Source: Dicyema japonicum
Taxonomy: Eukaryota; Animalia; Dicyemida
Direction of reading: 5' to 3'
Length of the DNA stretch: 64,000 nucleotides
Assembly (NCBI GenBank): GCA_011109175.1
Contig: RDEW01000043.1
Location: 186,001 to 250,000 of the forward strand
Shown here: positions 24,330 to 39,149 of the stretch, piece after piece
Position numbering within the stretch: the first letter of the stretch is position 1
Layout of the letters: each line of letters starts with the position of its first letter
Notes under the pieces: generated by a model
Seen by the model: only the letters and a program-made list of their open reading frames with translations
The model's database searches: none
What the model was told of the DNA's origin: nothing
Translations under genes and position numbers: made by a program

Positions 24330-24641
24330 ATAATAATAATAACCCCGGATACACCGAGAAAGAAGTTAAAGTAAACAACTAATTAAGTGTATCCAGTTTC
24401 CACTTCTACAGAAACAAAGTCCATCCGGAGTCAACATAAAGGGTAAAAGACGTCCATAGTTGCAGTTGCGGAAACCCCTCCTGTGGAGTGGGGGAGAGCA
24501 AATGATCCTTTTTCGTGCTGGACGCCACCTAGACAGGTGGATCACACGACGCCACTCTAATAGGAAAAGAGAGGAGGAACAGACGAACAAACAGAAACTT
24601 AAACCAATTAGCCACGAAGCACCACATGTCGCCACACGGCT
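24330..24641 (-). mobile_element. Non-autonomous Vingi-like element (family 2)
   Basis: Near-identical to 12951-13274; (TTA)n tail. Confidence 0.88.
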
Positions 24642-24649
24642 AAAATTTT

Positions 24650-25090
24650 AAGACTGTCGGGTTGGATGTAGACTTCTACAATATATCCTTTTGGGCTAAT
24701 TTATTTTTTGAACGTTAGGAGTTATTGTTGACAACTGTATCTTCGCAAGTTTTGGTAGATGTATATATTGAAAACCCGACTCGCATAAGTAAGTCGCTGG
24801 AAAAGGTAATAGTATAGCCATTGAGATATCAGGGTATTTTGAAATGTATGCTCTCCAAAAATTAAAAAGGAGTTCATTATATGTATTTGATTTGACGTTG
24901 ATTCTTACATCAAAGCAATAAGCATATTCAATTGATGTTAGATTTGCTGGTATTACTTCACTTTGAATGGATTTTGTACCCAATCGTCATCAAATTTATT
25001 CCGAAAGTATTTTGCAATGTCATCCTAAATTACCAAATGATCTTTAAATTTCGCGGAACCCTAAAACTGGCTTCGCGGAACCCAGGTTGG
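24650..25090 (-). mobile_element. hAT (Buster/Charlie-like) transposase C-terminal remnant
   Basis: FW..YPDIS..LLPFPATYLCESGF dimerisation motif; repeated GGGTTCCGCGA subterminal motif at 25050-25082. Confidence 0.7.
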
Positions 25091-25146
25091 GAATTCAACT
25101 TGGAATATTCCAATTAATTAAATCTTTTTTAGCGGGAACATCAATT

Positions 25147-25455
25147 TATTTATTAACCCCGGATATCCGAGAAAGAAGTTAAATTAAAAAAACTAATTAA
25201 GTGTATCCAGTTTCCACTTCTACAGAAACAGAGTCCATCCGGAATCAGCATAAAAGGTAAAAGACGTCAATTATTTGCAGCTGTGAAAACCCCTCCAGTA
25301 AAGTGGGGAGAGCAAATAATCCTTTTTCGTGCCGGCCTGGCAATGGGCGCCACCTAGACAGGTGTATCACATGACGTCACTCTATAGGACGAGAGAGGAG
25401 GAATAGACAAACAATTCAACCAATTAGCCACGAAGCACCACATGGCGCCACGCGA
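25147..25455 (-). mobile_element. Non-autonomous Vingi-like element (family 2)
   Basis: Near-identical to 24330-24641; (TAAA)n tail. Confidence 0.88.
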
Positions 25456-25519
25456 TTTTTTTCCTGCCGATAGACGGAAGATAGACTAAAACCACTTTGA
25501 TAATCTAATTTATACAAGG

Positions 25520-26070
25520 CCTCGAATAAATGCCGTTGCGGCGGGGACGTTGATACAAAAGGCTTACATCCACTCTCTTGCCGACGAAGTGCCGGTCGAG
25601 CCCCGCGCCACGCAGCCCTCAGTGACATCATTTTTCAAGCCCTCAAGGTTATGGGATTTCCGGCCCAATTGGAACCATTGGGCTTAGACAGAGGCGACGG
25701 GAAGAGGCCGAATGGAATGACGTTATTCCCATACTCCCACGGAAAATCACTCGTCTAGGACGCAACTTGTGTAGACACATTCTCAAGAGCCAAATTGCTG
25801 ACGGCTACGCACTCTCCTGGAGACGCAGCCGACCAGGCGGAGGTCAAGAAGATCCATAAGTACGAATCCCTCGGAGACTATTACCATTACGCCCTCATTG
25901 CTGTGGATACAACTGGAACTGTAGGCGCGAAGACGGACGCCTTTCTCCACAGCATAGGAAGCAAACTCGCCTCAAACAGGTGCGAGCCATGAGAGGAACT
26001 CTGGTTGAGGCAGAGGCTCGAAATGGCGATTATCAGAAGTAACGTCTTCGCCATTCTGTCGTCCTAATTT
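25520..26070 (+). mobile_element. CRE-like 3' fragment (CCHC and RLE)
   Basis: CRCGGDVDTKGLHPLSCRRSAG, LDRGDGKRPNG; same subfamily as 46200-46780. Confidence 0.85.
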
Positions 26071-26196
26071 TTGACTAAATTAATTTATTTGTTTTATTAA
26101 ATAATTGCTTCATTTATACAAGTAAAAATAATATTCAAATATTTATAAACAAAAAGTGTTAATTAAAAATAAGTTACTTTGGAAACGAAAAATCTA

Positions 26197-26979
26197 ATGT
26201 TTGGAAAGTCACTCGCGGTGCTTTGCCGAAAAAACGGTGATTACATAATTCCAGACTTTGTCAGGGATCTCTGTTCGGCTATCAAATTTAAAGGTGCATA
26301 GATCCTTCAATTTAGGGTTTAACTTTCCGGCTTATTCCGTTTGGAAGGAAACAGGGAAGAGGTTATGGAGGAGATTAACAAAATTAACAGCGGAATGAGG
26401 TCTAATCTCCAAGATCATTCGATTTTGTTAACCACATCGCTTCTCAAGGCTTTTATACGACTTCTCCCCTACCCACTGGTGCCCTATGAATTGAACAATC
26501 TGTTAATTAAAGTTAACGAAGGCAGATTTAATAAAATATTATAGATTATAAGGGGGATGTTTTGAAATATAAAACGGGTGAAATATTTTATAACTTAATT
26601 CCAAAAGAAAATTATTATTTTCTCCATTATTTATGTTTATTCTTAAATGAGGCAATCAAATATGAACACAAAAACATGCTCTCCGCACAATCAGTGGGAA
26701 TTCTATTTGGTCCTCTGATCTTCAAGTACTACGTTTTACATGTTTAGATACGACCTAACAGACTTTAGGTTCATCAACAAAGTTACTAAGTTAAACTCCA
26801 TTTTTGAGTTTGTGGTTAAGTTCTCACATTTAATCTTTTCCCCTGAAACCCACGTGCCCTTGGACAAGCTAACAATGAAAATCTTTTCGGAATCCAACAA
26901 AAACATAAATTCTAGCAATAGTTCTCTGCCAATTCCAAAGTTTAGTTGTAATTTAATAACAGGGAAATACACGTGCTAG
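26197..26979 (+). CDS. Small RhoGAP-domain protein, 4 exons; one GC-AG intron; 1-nt deficit near 26329
   Basis: IPDFVRDLCSAI, GLFRLEG (arginine finger), LLKAFIRLLPYPLVP, NMLSAQSVGILFGPLIF; introns of 22, 23 (GC-AG, 26522-26544) and 22 nt. Start codon uncertain. Confidence 0.8.
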
Positions 26980-27559
26980 AGCAAAAAGTCAAAAAATCAA
27001 GTCAAAAACGACAGAATAAAGTAAAATTGTTTAACCACTTTAGGATTGGAAAAAACTGTCTAGGGAGAATAAATCGTCTATTTTGTGGTTTTTGGTTGTA
27101 TTTATTAGAGTAATGTAATGTAAATAATTATTCACAAATGCACTTATTTATTATTTTTGATAATCAATAGGAAAAGTCAAATAACTTTTCTCAATTATTA
27201 TCAACGATATCTGTTTTTCTCACAAAGCTATCCTTCATCAATGACTAGGATACCACCAACTCATATTTTGACTAACCTTTACTTCACACAAAGATAATAG
27301 AACAGATAAGAGATTAGTCATGTAAAATCAAAAGACCTCATAAAATCGATTTTGTTTAATCATGAATTTAGCCATTTCAAGGAATTTGATAGTGTGTGGT
27401 ACTAGGCCCTTTCAAAATGTTTATATGGATAGTTGAATTATCATAATTTATGAAGACAATTTTCTCTTAGGCATTCCTAGCGCAATCATTTTGATTTCAC
27501 ATATTATGGGTACAGAGAGTAATTTATTACTCAAGAAAAAAAGGATCAACCTGCTACTA

Positions 27560-27760
27560 GAAAAATCAAAGAGAATTAAGCGTGTAATTCACTCACTTGG
27601 AGACGAGACAAAAAGGAGGAGTTCGAGAAAATTTGAATGTACGAATCACTCAGGAAAACTACAATTTCATTCCTATTGCTATGGAGACTTCGGAGATTGT
27701 CGGAAAGATGACGGATGCCTTTTTCTCGAATATCGAACGAAGGTCTGCTATTAAGATAAG
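27560..27760 (+). mobile_element. CRE-like C-terminal remnant
   Basis: Frameshifted F.PIAMETSG.VGK motif. Confidence 0.55.
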
Positions 27761-28124
27761 ACTTTAGTTGTATAAAAAATTGAAACCTTATAAAAAAACT
27801 GATTATGGATAAGGAGATGCTATTGAAAAAGGTTAGACTGTCTTTTGTAAAATATACATGTGGCCTACCTTCATATATTCAGCTTACTGAGGATTAAATC
27901 TGGCGGGGAGTGAAACAAGAGAAGAGTCCAGACACTTCAAAACAGAGCCCATGTTACCTGAGGACACTAAACATGACTTAATAATTAGATTCATTTTAGT
28001 GTTACAATGTTGAGTTTAGAGGTAACTTGAAATGGTATATTTGTGGTGGGGTTTCTATTAATATTTAATAACTAATAGTAAACTTTAAATAGACAATTGA
28101 ATTTGTAGGCAAAAAAATAAAAAA

Positions 28125-30182
<2,058 letters not shown>

Positions 30183-30289
30183 TTTGACTGAAATAATTAT
30201 TTTTAGCACGTGATTTTAAATTAAAATTTATTTTAAATATAATTTATTTTTAGTGTATTATTTTATCTCTTATTATTATTCAAAATATT

Positions 30290-31060
30290 TACGGCTTACA
30301 TTCCGACGCCGAATAGAGAAAACGACCTGCTTCTGGCTTATGCAGACGATATCGTTTTAGTTTCACGGGATCAGAACACCCAAACAGCGACGGAAAGAAT
30401 ACAACACCACATGGATCGACTACTCGAGTGGTTTAATAAAAATCGGATGTCAATCAATACCGAAAAATCTGTTACAACTGTTAACCTCGGACAAAAGATT
30501 GTCGAACAGGACAATAGAAGTTACTGCGGAGGGAAGAGCATAGCCGTACAGCAAATGGCGAAAAAATATTGGGTCTGACTTTCGATACGCACATGAACTT
30601 TACAAGTCACGTCACTAACGTGCTGAACAAATGTGAAAAAAAATCAACCTTCTGAAATGCCTAACAGGTCTATGGAAGATTGACATCACTCTATACTTAA
30701 CAAGCTTTACTCACAATACATCTAACCATTCATTTCATATGCATGTACTTCATGGGGACCACTGTCCTCTTATACGAACATCCAGAAAATCTCCGCAACC
30801 CAAAAAAGGCCTTCAAACAAACTGAGAGATGGTATATAGGGAAAACATCAAATCACCGACGCCCATGGAGACACTAATTGAAAAAAATAAAAATGGACAC
30901 CAATACCAAAAAGGAAGTGCTCGCCCGCAACGAACTTGTGTAGGCTCAAGGAATCAACACCGAGCAAAGATGAGAGCCTTGATCTAATTCGTCGGGATCA
31001 CTCAGTTTAGTTTTTTCGGTTTAACAGTGGTCTTTGGAATTAATTTTAATTTAATTAACT
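30290..31060 (+). mobile_element. 5'-truncated Vingi-like LINE
   Basis: LLAYADDIVL, LGLTFD; 3' stem GGGATCACT (30994-31002) with AGTGGTCTT (31026-31034). Confidence 0.8.
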
Positions 31061-31139
31061 ACCTCAAGATCACTGGGTCAAAAAGAAAGGCGCAAAAGTT
31101 CCCGAACATCACTTAAATTCTTCGAGTTGTCGAGAGACG

Positions 31140-32405
31140 GCCTTGATTAAAGAAAGAAATCAACTGATACGGTTATTATGTAAACAGGCAATAATACGAC
31201 CAATGCCGAAACCTGGAAGACCGAGAGATGACCCAGGGTCTTTTAGACCGGTGTCACTGTTCCATGTCAAAAATCCTGGAGAGGCTTGTGCTCGGAGAAT
31301 AAAAGAATTTTTACCAGAGAGGCCTTTTCAACATGGATTCAAAAATGAGAGATCCACGTCTACATACAAACATTGACCGATTTTATTCGAGTCGGATTTG
31401 CAAACAAGCCGAGACACTTAAAAACAGTGCTCTGGTCAATCGACATGCACAAGTCTCGAGGAAGATTCTAGCGAGAAAAATATTTCAATCGGAGATCCCA
31501 GGGAAGCTAAAGCTTTGGATCATCAACTTCCTAAGTGGACGAAGACGCGTGTTGCCTCGGAGGTCTGAAATCAATCTCACGTCTCTTCTCCAACAAAGTC
31601 CTTCAGAATCTCCTTTATCCTGCTTGTTTAACCTCTTTTGGCCGATCTCCCGACTCTTGAATCTTATAATGATGTTCTACTCCTATGCGGATGATCTTGT
31701 GTTGGCTTCGCGAGATCAGGACATCCAGAAGACCACAGAAAGAATACAAATTAACCTGGACAGGCTTAATGCCTGGATAATGGAAAACCGGCTCGTGGTG
31801 AATGCAGAGAAGTCGTTTACGTCACTATTTACCTCTGACAAAAGATTGGGAAGGAAGACAATCACCTTAAAATTAAACAAGGTCGGCATCCCTTTCAACA
31901 GATGTCAAAGGATCTTGGGTGTGACAATTGATATGCATCTCTGTTTGACACCACACGTAGAAAACATTCTATTGAAATGCGAGAAGAAACTGAACGTATT
32001 GAAAAGTTTATCGGGAATATGGAAGAGTGGTACTCACCCGGTCCTGATGAACGTGTACAAACAGTATATCGAGCCATATTTCTCATATGCAAGCGCCTCA
32101 TGGGGACCGTCCATCTATTGGACAAATATGAGGAAAATCGAGGAAATGCAAAAGAGGATTTTCAGAGTAACGGAGCGTTGGATTTGTGAAGATCATCGAA
32201 CCGGACCGACGCCTCTGGTAGCCCTCATGAGACTAGATTCCAGATCACGGGAATGTGGGCATGAAAAATCAGTCAGCCTGTACGTTCATGGACGGGCACG
32301 AGGGAAGAACACTGGACAAAAATGAGGTCGCTGTTAGAATGCATCGGGATCACGTGATAATTAGTTTGGTTTTACCGTGGTCTTGGGTTGTTAAATAAAT
32401 AACTG
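31140..32405 (+). mobile_element. 5'-truncated Vingi-like LINE (RT domain, no RNase H seen)
   Basis: PKPGRPRDDPGSFRPVSL, QHGFK, YADD, ILGVTID, VYKQYIEPYFSYASASW; 3' stem GGGATCACG/CGTGGTCTT; (TAAA)n tail. Confidence 0.85.
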
Positions 32406-32439
32406 AGTGATCCCAGACGTAATTCTATCAAGAAATTTT

Positions 32440-33420
32440 CAATGGGCTGGATTTTGTGTTCTGAGCATATTTACTTTATTGCAGTCTCCTGCATTGTTCA
32501 TAAACTGTGGCAAGGCTCATAGTTTGGTCTTTAAGTGTTTTGAGAGCACTTTTAGGATTCTTATTTTCTTCAGAGCAGAAGTTGCTTTGTTCTAACCATG
32601 TCGGACAAAAGAGAGTACATGATCAATGGTGCCCCCTCCAAATCCTCGGTATTTTGTTAATAGGAATAGCCTCGGTCTACATAAGGATTTTTGGTTCGAC
32701 ACATAGCTGTTCTTTGTAAGTAGTAAACAGCGTGACAGAGGACTTTGCTGTTAATGTGTCGAGCCTCAGCTTCGAGGGCTATTTTTCCAGCTTGTCAAGC
32801 ATTTGTTGGGCGGACTGAGTCGCTGATTGCATGCTTCTGAATGATATCGTCTGCATAGGACAGGATTAGGCAGTTTTCATTACAGGTTTGTGGCATGTCG
32901 TTTATGTAGAGATTGAAGAGTTGGGGTGACAGTGGGGGGCCTTGAGGGACTCTATTTGAATGTAACGAGATCTTGAATTGATGTTGTTGCAGAGTAGTTG
33001 TGCTCGTATTCTATTTAAGAAGTTTCCAAGCCAAAGTTTCAAGTTCGGGTGGATGTTGGTTTCAAATATTTTCTTTGTAAGGAGTTTCCTGGGAACTGTG
33101 TCGAACGCTTTTGTGATGTCCACGGATATAAGTACTGTTTTCTGATGGAGTTTGGGGGTTAAATCCTTCCGCAATGAATTGTGTGAGGGTTGTGAGGTGT
33201 GTTGTGGTCGAATGATTGCCCCGGAACCCGTGATGGGTCGAAGGTATTGAGATTGAATCCTGTACTTTCTCCAGAACAAGCCTTTCAAGGATCCTTGAGA
33301 CCGGACTCAGAATAGATAGTGGGCGATAGGATGATGGTTCATTTATTGGTTAGGTTTTCGAATAGGTTTGATTAGGGACTTGTAATTTTTCATAGATTAT
33401 GTTACCGTCACGGACATCAC
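32440..33420 (-). mobile_element. Degenerate Vingi-like RT fragment
   Basis: SSYRPLSILSPVSRILERL, VDITKAFDTV, LKLWLGNFL. Confidence 0.75.
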
Positions 33421-33599
33421 TTCATTCTTAGCGGAAGAGTTTCCGCAATAATAATTTTCACCAGTGGAGTTAGTCAGGAAGATCCCTTTCAACAACTGTG
33501 TCGTACCTGAAGGATCTGTTTGACGAGAATTGACCTTGATTAAAAACTCCATCTTTCGGGTTATAACCCACGAATGCCGAATTCTATATCATCAGACGT

Positions 33600-33890
33600 T
33601 ACATTCAGCCAAAAAGCAAAGTTACAGTAAAAAACTAATTGTATCCAGTCTCCACTGTTACAGAGTCCTTCTACTTCACACAAGTCCATCCGGAACCAGC
33701 AAAAAAGGTAAAAGACGTCCATTCCTTGCAATTGTGGAAACCCTTCCAGTTTAGTGGGGGAGACCAAATGATCCTTTGGGCGCCACCTGAGACAGGTGGG
33801 TCACATGAAGCCACTCTAGTAGGAAGGGGAAGAGGTGGAACAGACAAAACAAACAGAAAATTTAGCACCAGATAGCACCACGTTGCGAAA
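33600..33890 (-). mobile_element. Diverged subfamily of the non-autonomous family 2
   Basis: Retains ATGTGA, the CCACCT..AGGTGG hairpin, ATCATTTG and TGGACGTC blocks. Confidence 0.7.
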
Positions 33891-33899
33891 ATTAAATTA

Positions 33900-34150
33900 T
33901 GAAATATTGTTATTTATTTAGAACCCCAGGATCACCGAGAAGGAAAGACAGAAAAAACCTAAGACAGTTAGGTAATCTCAGTTCCCCCAATCAATCGAGC
34001 CATTCAATGTCTGTGGTATCCCATTGTTCCCACTATCGTACGAAAGAGTCTTTTCTCATCCCTGCAGAGGAATCTGAGTGGGGAAGGGAGCTTCTTAACC
34101 AATCGACTTTCTTTTGCCTCTTAAAAGTACAGGCCAAGCGGGTTTCCATC
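33900..34150 (-). mobile_element. Vingi-like LINE, 3'-end fragment
   Basis: 3' end ...CCTTCTCGGTGATCCTGGGGTTCTAAATAAATAA, close to the family 2 terminus. Confidence 0.65.
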
Positions 34151-34179
34151 CTTCCGGATCGGCAATTACGGGTCTTTTT

Positions 34180-34420
34180 TTATTAGTGCGTTTTCTTGCA
34201 AGAATAAAAAGGAAAGCTGAAAATATCAAAATGATGAAAACTCTGAAGATTGTTACCAGGGACCCTCAGTTTTCCATTGGTGTGGCAAAATCAAAGACTG
34301 GAAGTGGGGTGTTTGCTGTTCTACGTGCAATGAATTCTTCCATATTAGCTGCGCACGACTAACTAAAGTCGAGGAGAAATGTCTTCCTCACTGGAACTGC
34401 TGCAGTTATCTGACTGCACG
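34180..34420 (+). mobile_element. PHD-CRE 5' fragment
   Basis: VCCSTCNEFFHISCARLTK..PHWNC PHD remnant preceded by a purine-rich leader. Confidence 0.65.
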
Positions 34421-34469
34421 GGAAATCGAGCCCTCTATCGTGCACGTACGGAGGCTTCTATGCCTTTTA

Positions 34470-34822
34470 TCAACAACTCGCGAAAAATCCAAGAAGATAC
34501 TATTAGGGATACCTGAGCTTGAGAAAAAAATAAAAAGATAGTCCAAGACGCCATTTTCTGATGTGCATAATATACGGATACAAAAAATATTGTATAAAAT
34601 ACTCATGTTGCAACGATTACCACCACTCCAAATACTATCGAATTATCTACAATCATACAGAAATTGTGAGCCGATGCCATGTCCTATGAGAAGAGCTGTT
34701 CAGGATTCTCGACCCGCCGGACTCGTCCTCACCTTTGTCGGTCTGGGATCACTTAGTTAGATGAGAACTTTTATTTCTTTCTCTTTGACCAGTGATCCTG
34801 GGGGTAATAATAATAATAATTA
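34470..34822 (+). mobile_element. Vingi-like LINE 3' end with (TAA)n tail
   Basis: QRL..ILSNYL..PCP C-terminus; stem GGGATCACT (34745-34753) with AGTGATCCT (34791-34799). Confidence 0.75.
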
Positions 34823-35647
34823 CCACCACTTGAGATGTCTGAGAATGAGTAAATCTTGCGCGGAGTTCTTTGCTGTAATGGATTGCGCTACGTGCATAAA
34901 CAATGGACCCCGAAGAGAACTTACCAACAAATCGGACCCGTTCTCAAGCAGCCAATCTCTAAATACAACTCTGTCCTCGTAAACATATCCAGCCTCGAAA
35001 GTCCAGGAAAATACCACTGAGGATTTCGAAAGACGTTCGGATCCCTGCTACTGCTACTTCATGTCTATCCTCACTCATCAACGATGCACTCACATCGAAC
35101 AGTGAAAATTCTTGGTAAGACTAATGAGCTTTGCTCCTCTCGCTCTTTGCCTGTCCATCAATGAATCTACAAAAAATGACCACGACCAAAATGAAGCCAT
35201 ACGTTCTGGAGGTGCACATAAGTTCAACATTTGCTCGAAAATTAAGAAGAAAATTCAGACTATTTATAAACACAATTTCATCAACATTCAGATCTCGCAA
35301 ATATGTAAACCCTCAGCCAAACCACCTCCCAATCCTAACAAAATCAAAGAGGGTGAATCAAAAACTAATCAAAGATGATATCCTAGCAGTTCACGAGTGG
35401 TTGCTTTGGATGATACACTCCTTTCCCCGTCCCAACTGTTCTTGAGACACTAAGGAGGAAACATCCAGATCCTCCGGACGACCTTTGTATACCTACTACT
35501 CTTGAAACCATACCTCAGTTTCAAATAACTCCAAGACCCTCCAGACCCGAAAGTTGTGTCTCCATCAATGTTTTTGAAAAGTCAATTGTCAAAAATATTA
35601 ATTTAATATTTAATAAAATTTGTTTTTTTTAATTATTATAGGAATCG

Positions 35648-36581
35648 ATGCAAGGCTGCGTTACAGAGGAAATTGATTCACTTTTAACGGTTTTTAACCA
35701 AGAAATTGCAGAAAAAGTTAAAGAAATTAAAGAAACTGATAATTATAAAATTCCTGAAGATGTTGTAGAAATCACAAAATACATAGACTTGACTTGTTTG
35801 ACAGCTCATGATAACTCTACAAAAATTGAAAATATATGCTCTAAGGGACTTGGCCCGTTTGGTCCCCAATCATATCACGTTGCCGGAATTTGTTGTTTTT
35901 CCTGTTTTTCTGAATGTTTGGTGGAGTTTGTCACACGTCATGGCTGTTCTGAGACGATGAAGACTGCTGTTGGTAGGTAAAGTACTCATTCCAAGTGTGT
36001 GGGGGATTTCCTCACGCCCAGGTCCCTTTGTGTGTCAAAGTGCTCGAAATTAAATATGCAGTGGAGCATGGAGTGTCAGAAATTGATTTAGTAATTCCAC
36101 GTGGGTTGGTTTTTGCAAACCTATGGGATGGTATGAAATGTATAATCATTAGAACTGTTCGATGAACTTACAATTCTTAGAAAAGCCTGTCCGCGTGCGA
36201 CTCTTAAAGTTATAATCTCCTCAGGAGAACTTATTGATGGGGATCTCATCCAGAAAGCAGCGGCTGTTAGCATTCTGGCCGGTTATAACCTGGTTTTAGT
36301 TTAGGATGTGACTTTGTTAAACTTTGTACTGGTTTTGGATCTGACTTGGCAACTTATGAGGCCGGAATTCACGTGGCTGCTGTTATCAAAAAATATTATG
36401 AAAAGACAGGCAAGAAAATTGGAATGAAAACCAGTGTGGAATCAGAACAGTTGAGCAAGCCTTTCAATGGATGACACTAGTGAAACATGAATTGGGAGAC
36501 TCGTGGCTCACCCCTAAACTATTTCGTATTGGGGCTAGTTCTTTATTAGACAATGTCATCAAAGTTATTAATAACCATTAA
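35648..36581 (+). CDS. DERA: Deoxyribose-phosphate aldolase, 4 exons; 1-nt deficit near 36436
   Basis: YIDLTCL, GGFPHAQ, GVSEIDLVI, LKVIISSGEL, DFVK(LC)TG, GMKTS(G)GIRT, LFRIGASSLL; introns of 23, 22 and 23 nt. Confidence 0.9.
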
Positions 36582-36929
36582 TTATTTCTCTATTTATTTG
36601 CTTTTGTGGTTACATAGTTATCCATCTCATTGTGGCTATTAATTCCATTAGCACAATCTCTTTGGAGTTTTCACCTATGGGCTGCAAGAAACGCAATCAA
36701 ATATTTCACCCTCCAAATTGTAATAATGAAAAGAAAAAAAATATAAATTGTTGAATCCGCTAAATCGAGATTTTAGAGAATATAAAGATTTATTTTTGAT
36801 TACGTTTACTTCAATATCAAACCAATTAAAACCAAAAGCATTGGGATCGGTCGATGAAGCTCGAGAGGTAAGAGAATGGATTATGCTAATAGAAACTTGA
36901 TAAGAAAAAGAAGAAGGAACTTGACAAAG

Positions 36930-37320
36930 AAACATCTATACAGTGTTTTTGGAGACTTGGAAATAAGGCGAATTTTACCAATCTCTCTCTACACAAGGAA
37001 AAATTTACGAATCTTGTGAATAGTGCATACATGAATATTTCAATCTTCGGATTAACTTATGTATGTGAATCCATTTTTAGCAAATGGTTCAAATAAAGAA
37101 CAAATACCGCAATAAACTGACAGATATGCATCTAAGTCAGTTGTTACGAACCTCGACATCTTCTATTGTACCAGCTTTTAAAGAGCTAACTGACTACTGG
37201 TTTATAAATTTACTTTTTCTTTCTTTTTTATATTAATTAAGTTTTGAAAAAATTGGCAGCCCTTACAAATAAAATAATTTATTGATTTGGCCCCTGGGTC
37301 AAAATTCTTGAGATCCACTT
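36930..37320 (+). mobile_element. hAT (SPIN/GTF2IRD2-like) C-terminal remnant
   Basis: ISIFGLTYVCESIFS motif near 37035-37085. Confidence 0.6.
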
Positions 37321-37509
37321 GTTTATATAAAAGCTATCTAGATTATCTCAAAGTGAGAAAAACTGATAATTAGGGCGGAAATTGTTATATTTAGGACAAA
37401 AAAATAGGACATAATTATTTTCAATGACTCTTCCTAACTACTTTTTATAATATATAATTTTTAACATTATTTTTATTAAAATTTCTCTTTTTTTGAGAGT
37501 TTAGTTTCA

Positions 37510-37830
37510 ATAGCTGGTGACGGTTTCCGCTCAAAAGGCCTGGAAGTCGCTAGTTCGAATTTTGATACTGCATATTTCGGTTGAAGGTTCCACGCATCAA
37601 TATGCTTTGGCTTGACGAGTGACGCCGTCATCAGTGAACTTCACTGCGGAACCGGATTGTCTATAAAGAACATACACCCAAGAAAAGAAAACAAAAAAGT
37701 GTAGAGCATTCCTTGATCCTCCCTCGATTAGCTATTATAACTGTTCTTTACTTAAAATAAAGTGTGTTCTGCCTGAGGGGAGCTATAACTGATATGGCTT
37801 CTCGGAAAGTGCGAATATTATTATTATTTC
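37510..37830 (+). mobile_element. SINE family 1, diverged copy
   Basis: Body blocks GGTTCCACGCATC, TGACGAGTGACGCCGTCATCAGTG and CACTGCGGAAC; (ATT)n tail. Confidence 0.8.
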
Positions 37831-37839
37831 AATTTTTTT

Positions 37840-38045
37840 ATTAAAAACAATTATTTAACAAAGAATCAAATGTTAGTTGAGGAAGCCGGCTGCGTGGATC
37901 GCGAACGAGTCCCCCTCGGAGTATGGCCATTCCAATCTTTTGTCTCAGCCATAATCCTTCTCGTTGATCCCTTTTCTTTCTGGCAAGTTCGCGCAAGAAC
38001 TCAGCCGTCATTGGACCAACGGCTTCCGATGACTCGACCCATAGT
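37840..38045 (-). mobile_element. CRE-like 3'-end fragment
   Basis: VESSEAVGPMTAEFLRELARKKRDQREGLWLRQKIGMAILRG; matches 3345-3480. Confidence 0.8.
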
Positions 38046-38049
38046 TTAC

Positions 38050-38420
38050 TCAAATCTGCGCAAAGTTCTACTCACAGTACATCGAACCACGCATTTCATA
38101 TGCGTGTGCTTCATGGGGACCATTGACCTCTTATACGAACACTCTGAAAATCTCCGCAACCCAGAAAAGGATTTTCAAATGATGGTATACGGGGAAAAAT
38201 ATCAAATCACCGACGCCTTGGAGACACTAACAGTTAAGAACCAGTATAAGCTCATTTCAGCCATGCTGGCCGCTCTCAGAATTGAAAACCTATCACCAAT
38301 GACGATTTTTAAGTAAATGCGGTCAATAAGCCAGATCCTTTCTCCGATATCTAGCTTCCTCCTTACAAGAGACGATCCGATACAGTTCAGCAGGGTCACT
38401 GATCTGCTATTTAATTAAAT
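38050..38420 (+). mobile_element. Vingi-like C-terminal remnant
   Basis: Nucleotide similarity to 30720-30880 (catatgc..tcatggggacc..ttatacgaac..aaaatctccgcaaccca). Confidence 0.6.
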
Positions 38421-38664
38421 TTTATATCATATAACATATTAATAAAAAGACCCTTCCTTTAAAAATGGCATTTATAGCAAAAAAAGTTGCCCTACTAAAA
38501 TCAATCTTTCTCAGATACTAATTAAGTCCAATTTTACAAAAAAAACTTTAGCACTAATATTATTTACCCTCATTACAATCCTTAACTTACCATTTCTCAT
38601 AGATACTAATATCAGAATTTTCAAAAAATTGCCGAAAAGCCTTCGTTTCTTCGAGTTTTTTGGA

Positions 38665-38965
38665 TATGGTTAATTAGTTTAAATTTTCTGCTTGCTTGTC
38701 TGTTCCTCCTCTCTCTTCCTAATAGAGTGGCGTCATGTGATCCACCTGTCTAGGTGACGCCCAGTGCCAGGCCGGCATGAAAAAGGATCATTTGCTCTTC
38801 CCCACTCCACTGGAGGGGTTTCCACAACTGCATGTATGGACGTCTTACCCTTTATGCTGATTCCGGATGGACTCTGTTTCTGTAGAAGTGGAAACTGGAT
38901 ACACTTAATTAGTTGTTTACTTTAACTTCTTTCTCGGTGTATCCAGGGTTAATAAATAAATAAAC
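38665..38965 (+). mobile_element. Non-autonomous Vingi-like element (family 2), 5'-truncated
   Basis: Near-identical to 12975-13274; (TAAA)n tail. Confidence 0.87.
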
Positions 38966-39149
38966 ATCAATGAAAGCGAGCTTTCCTTCTCCGTAAGTAT
39001 GAGTCTACTTAACGCCTCCCTACTGTTATCACCATACGAACTGCGTCAAAATCGGCTAAGTTCATGTCCACGTATTGAGTAAATTTTTTTCCAATTAACG
39101 TTTCTGTAATCCAGGAAAGTGTTTTGTCTTTTTTTCGAGATGAGAGTGC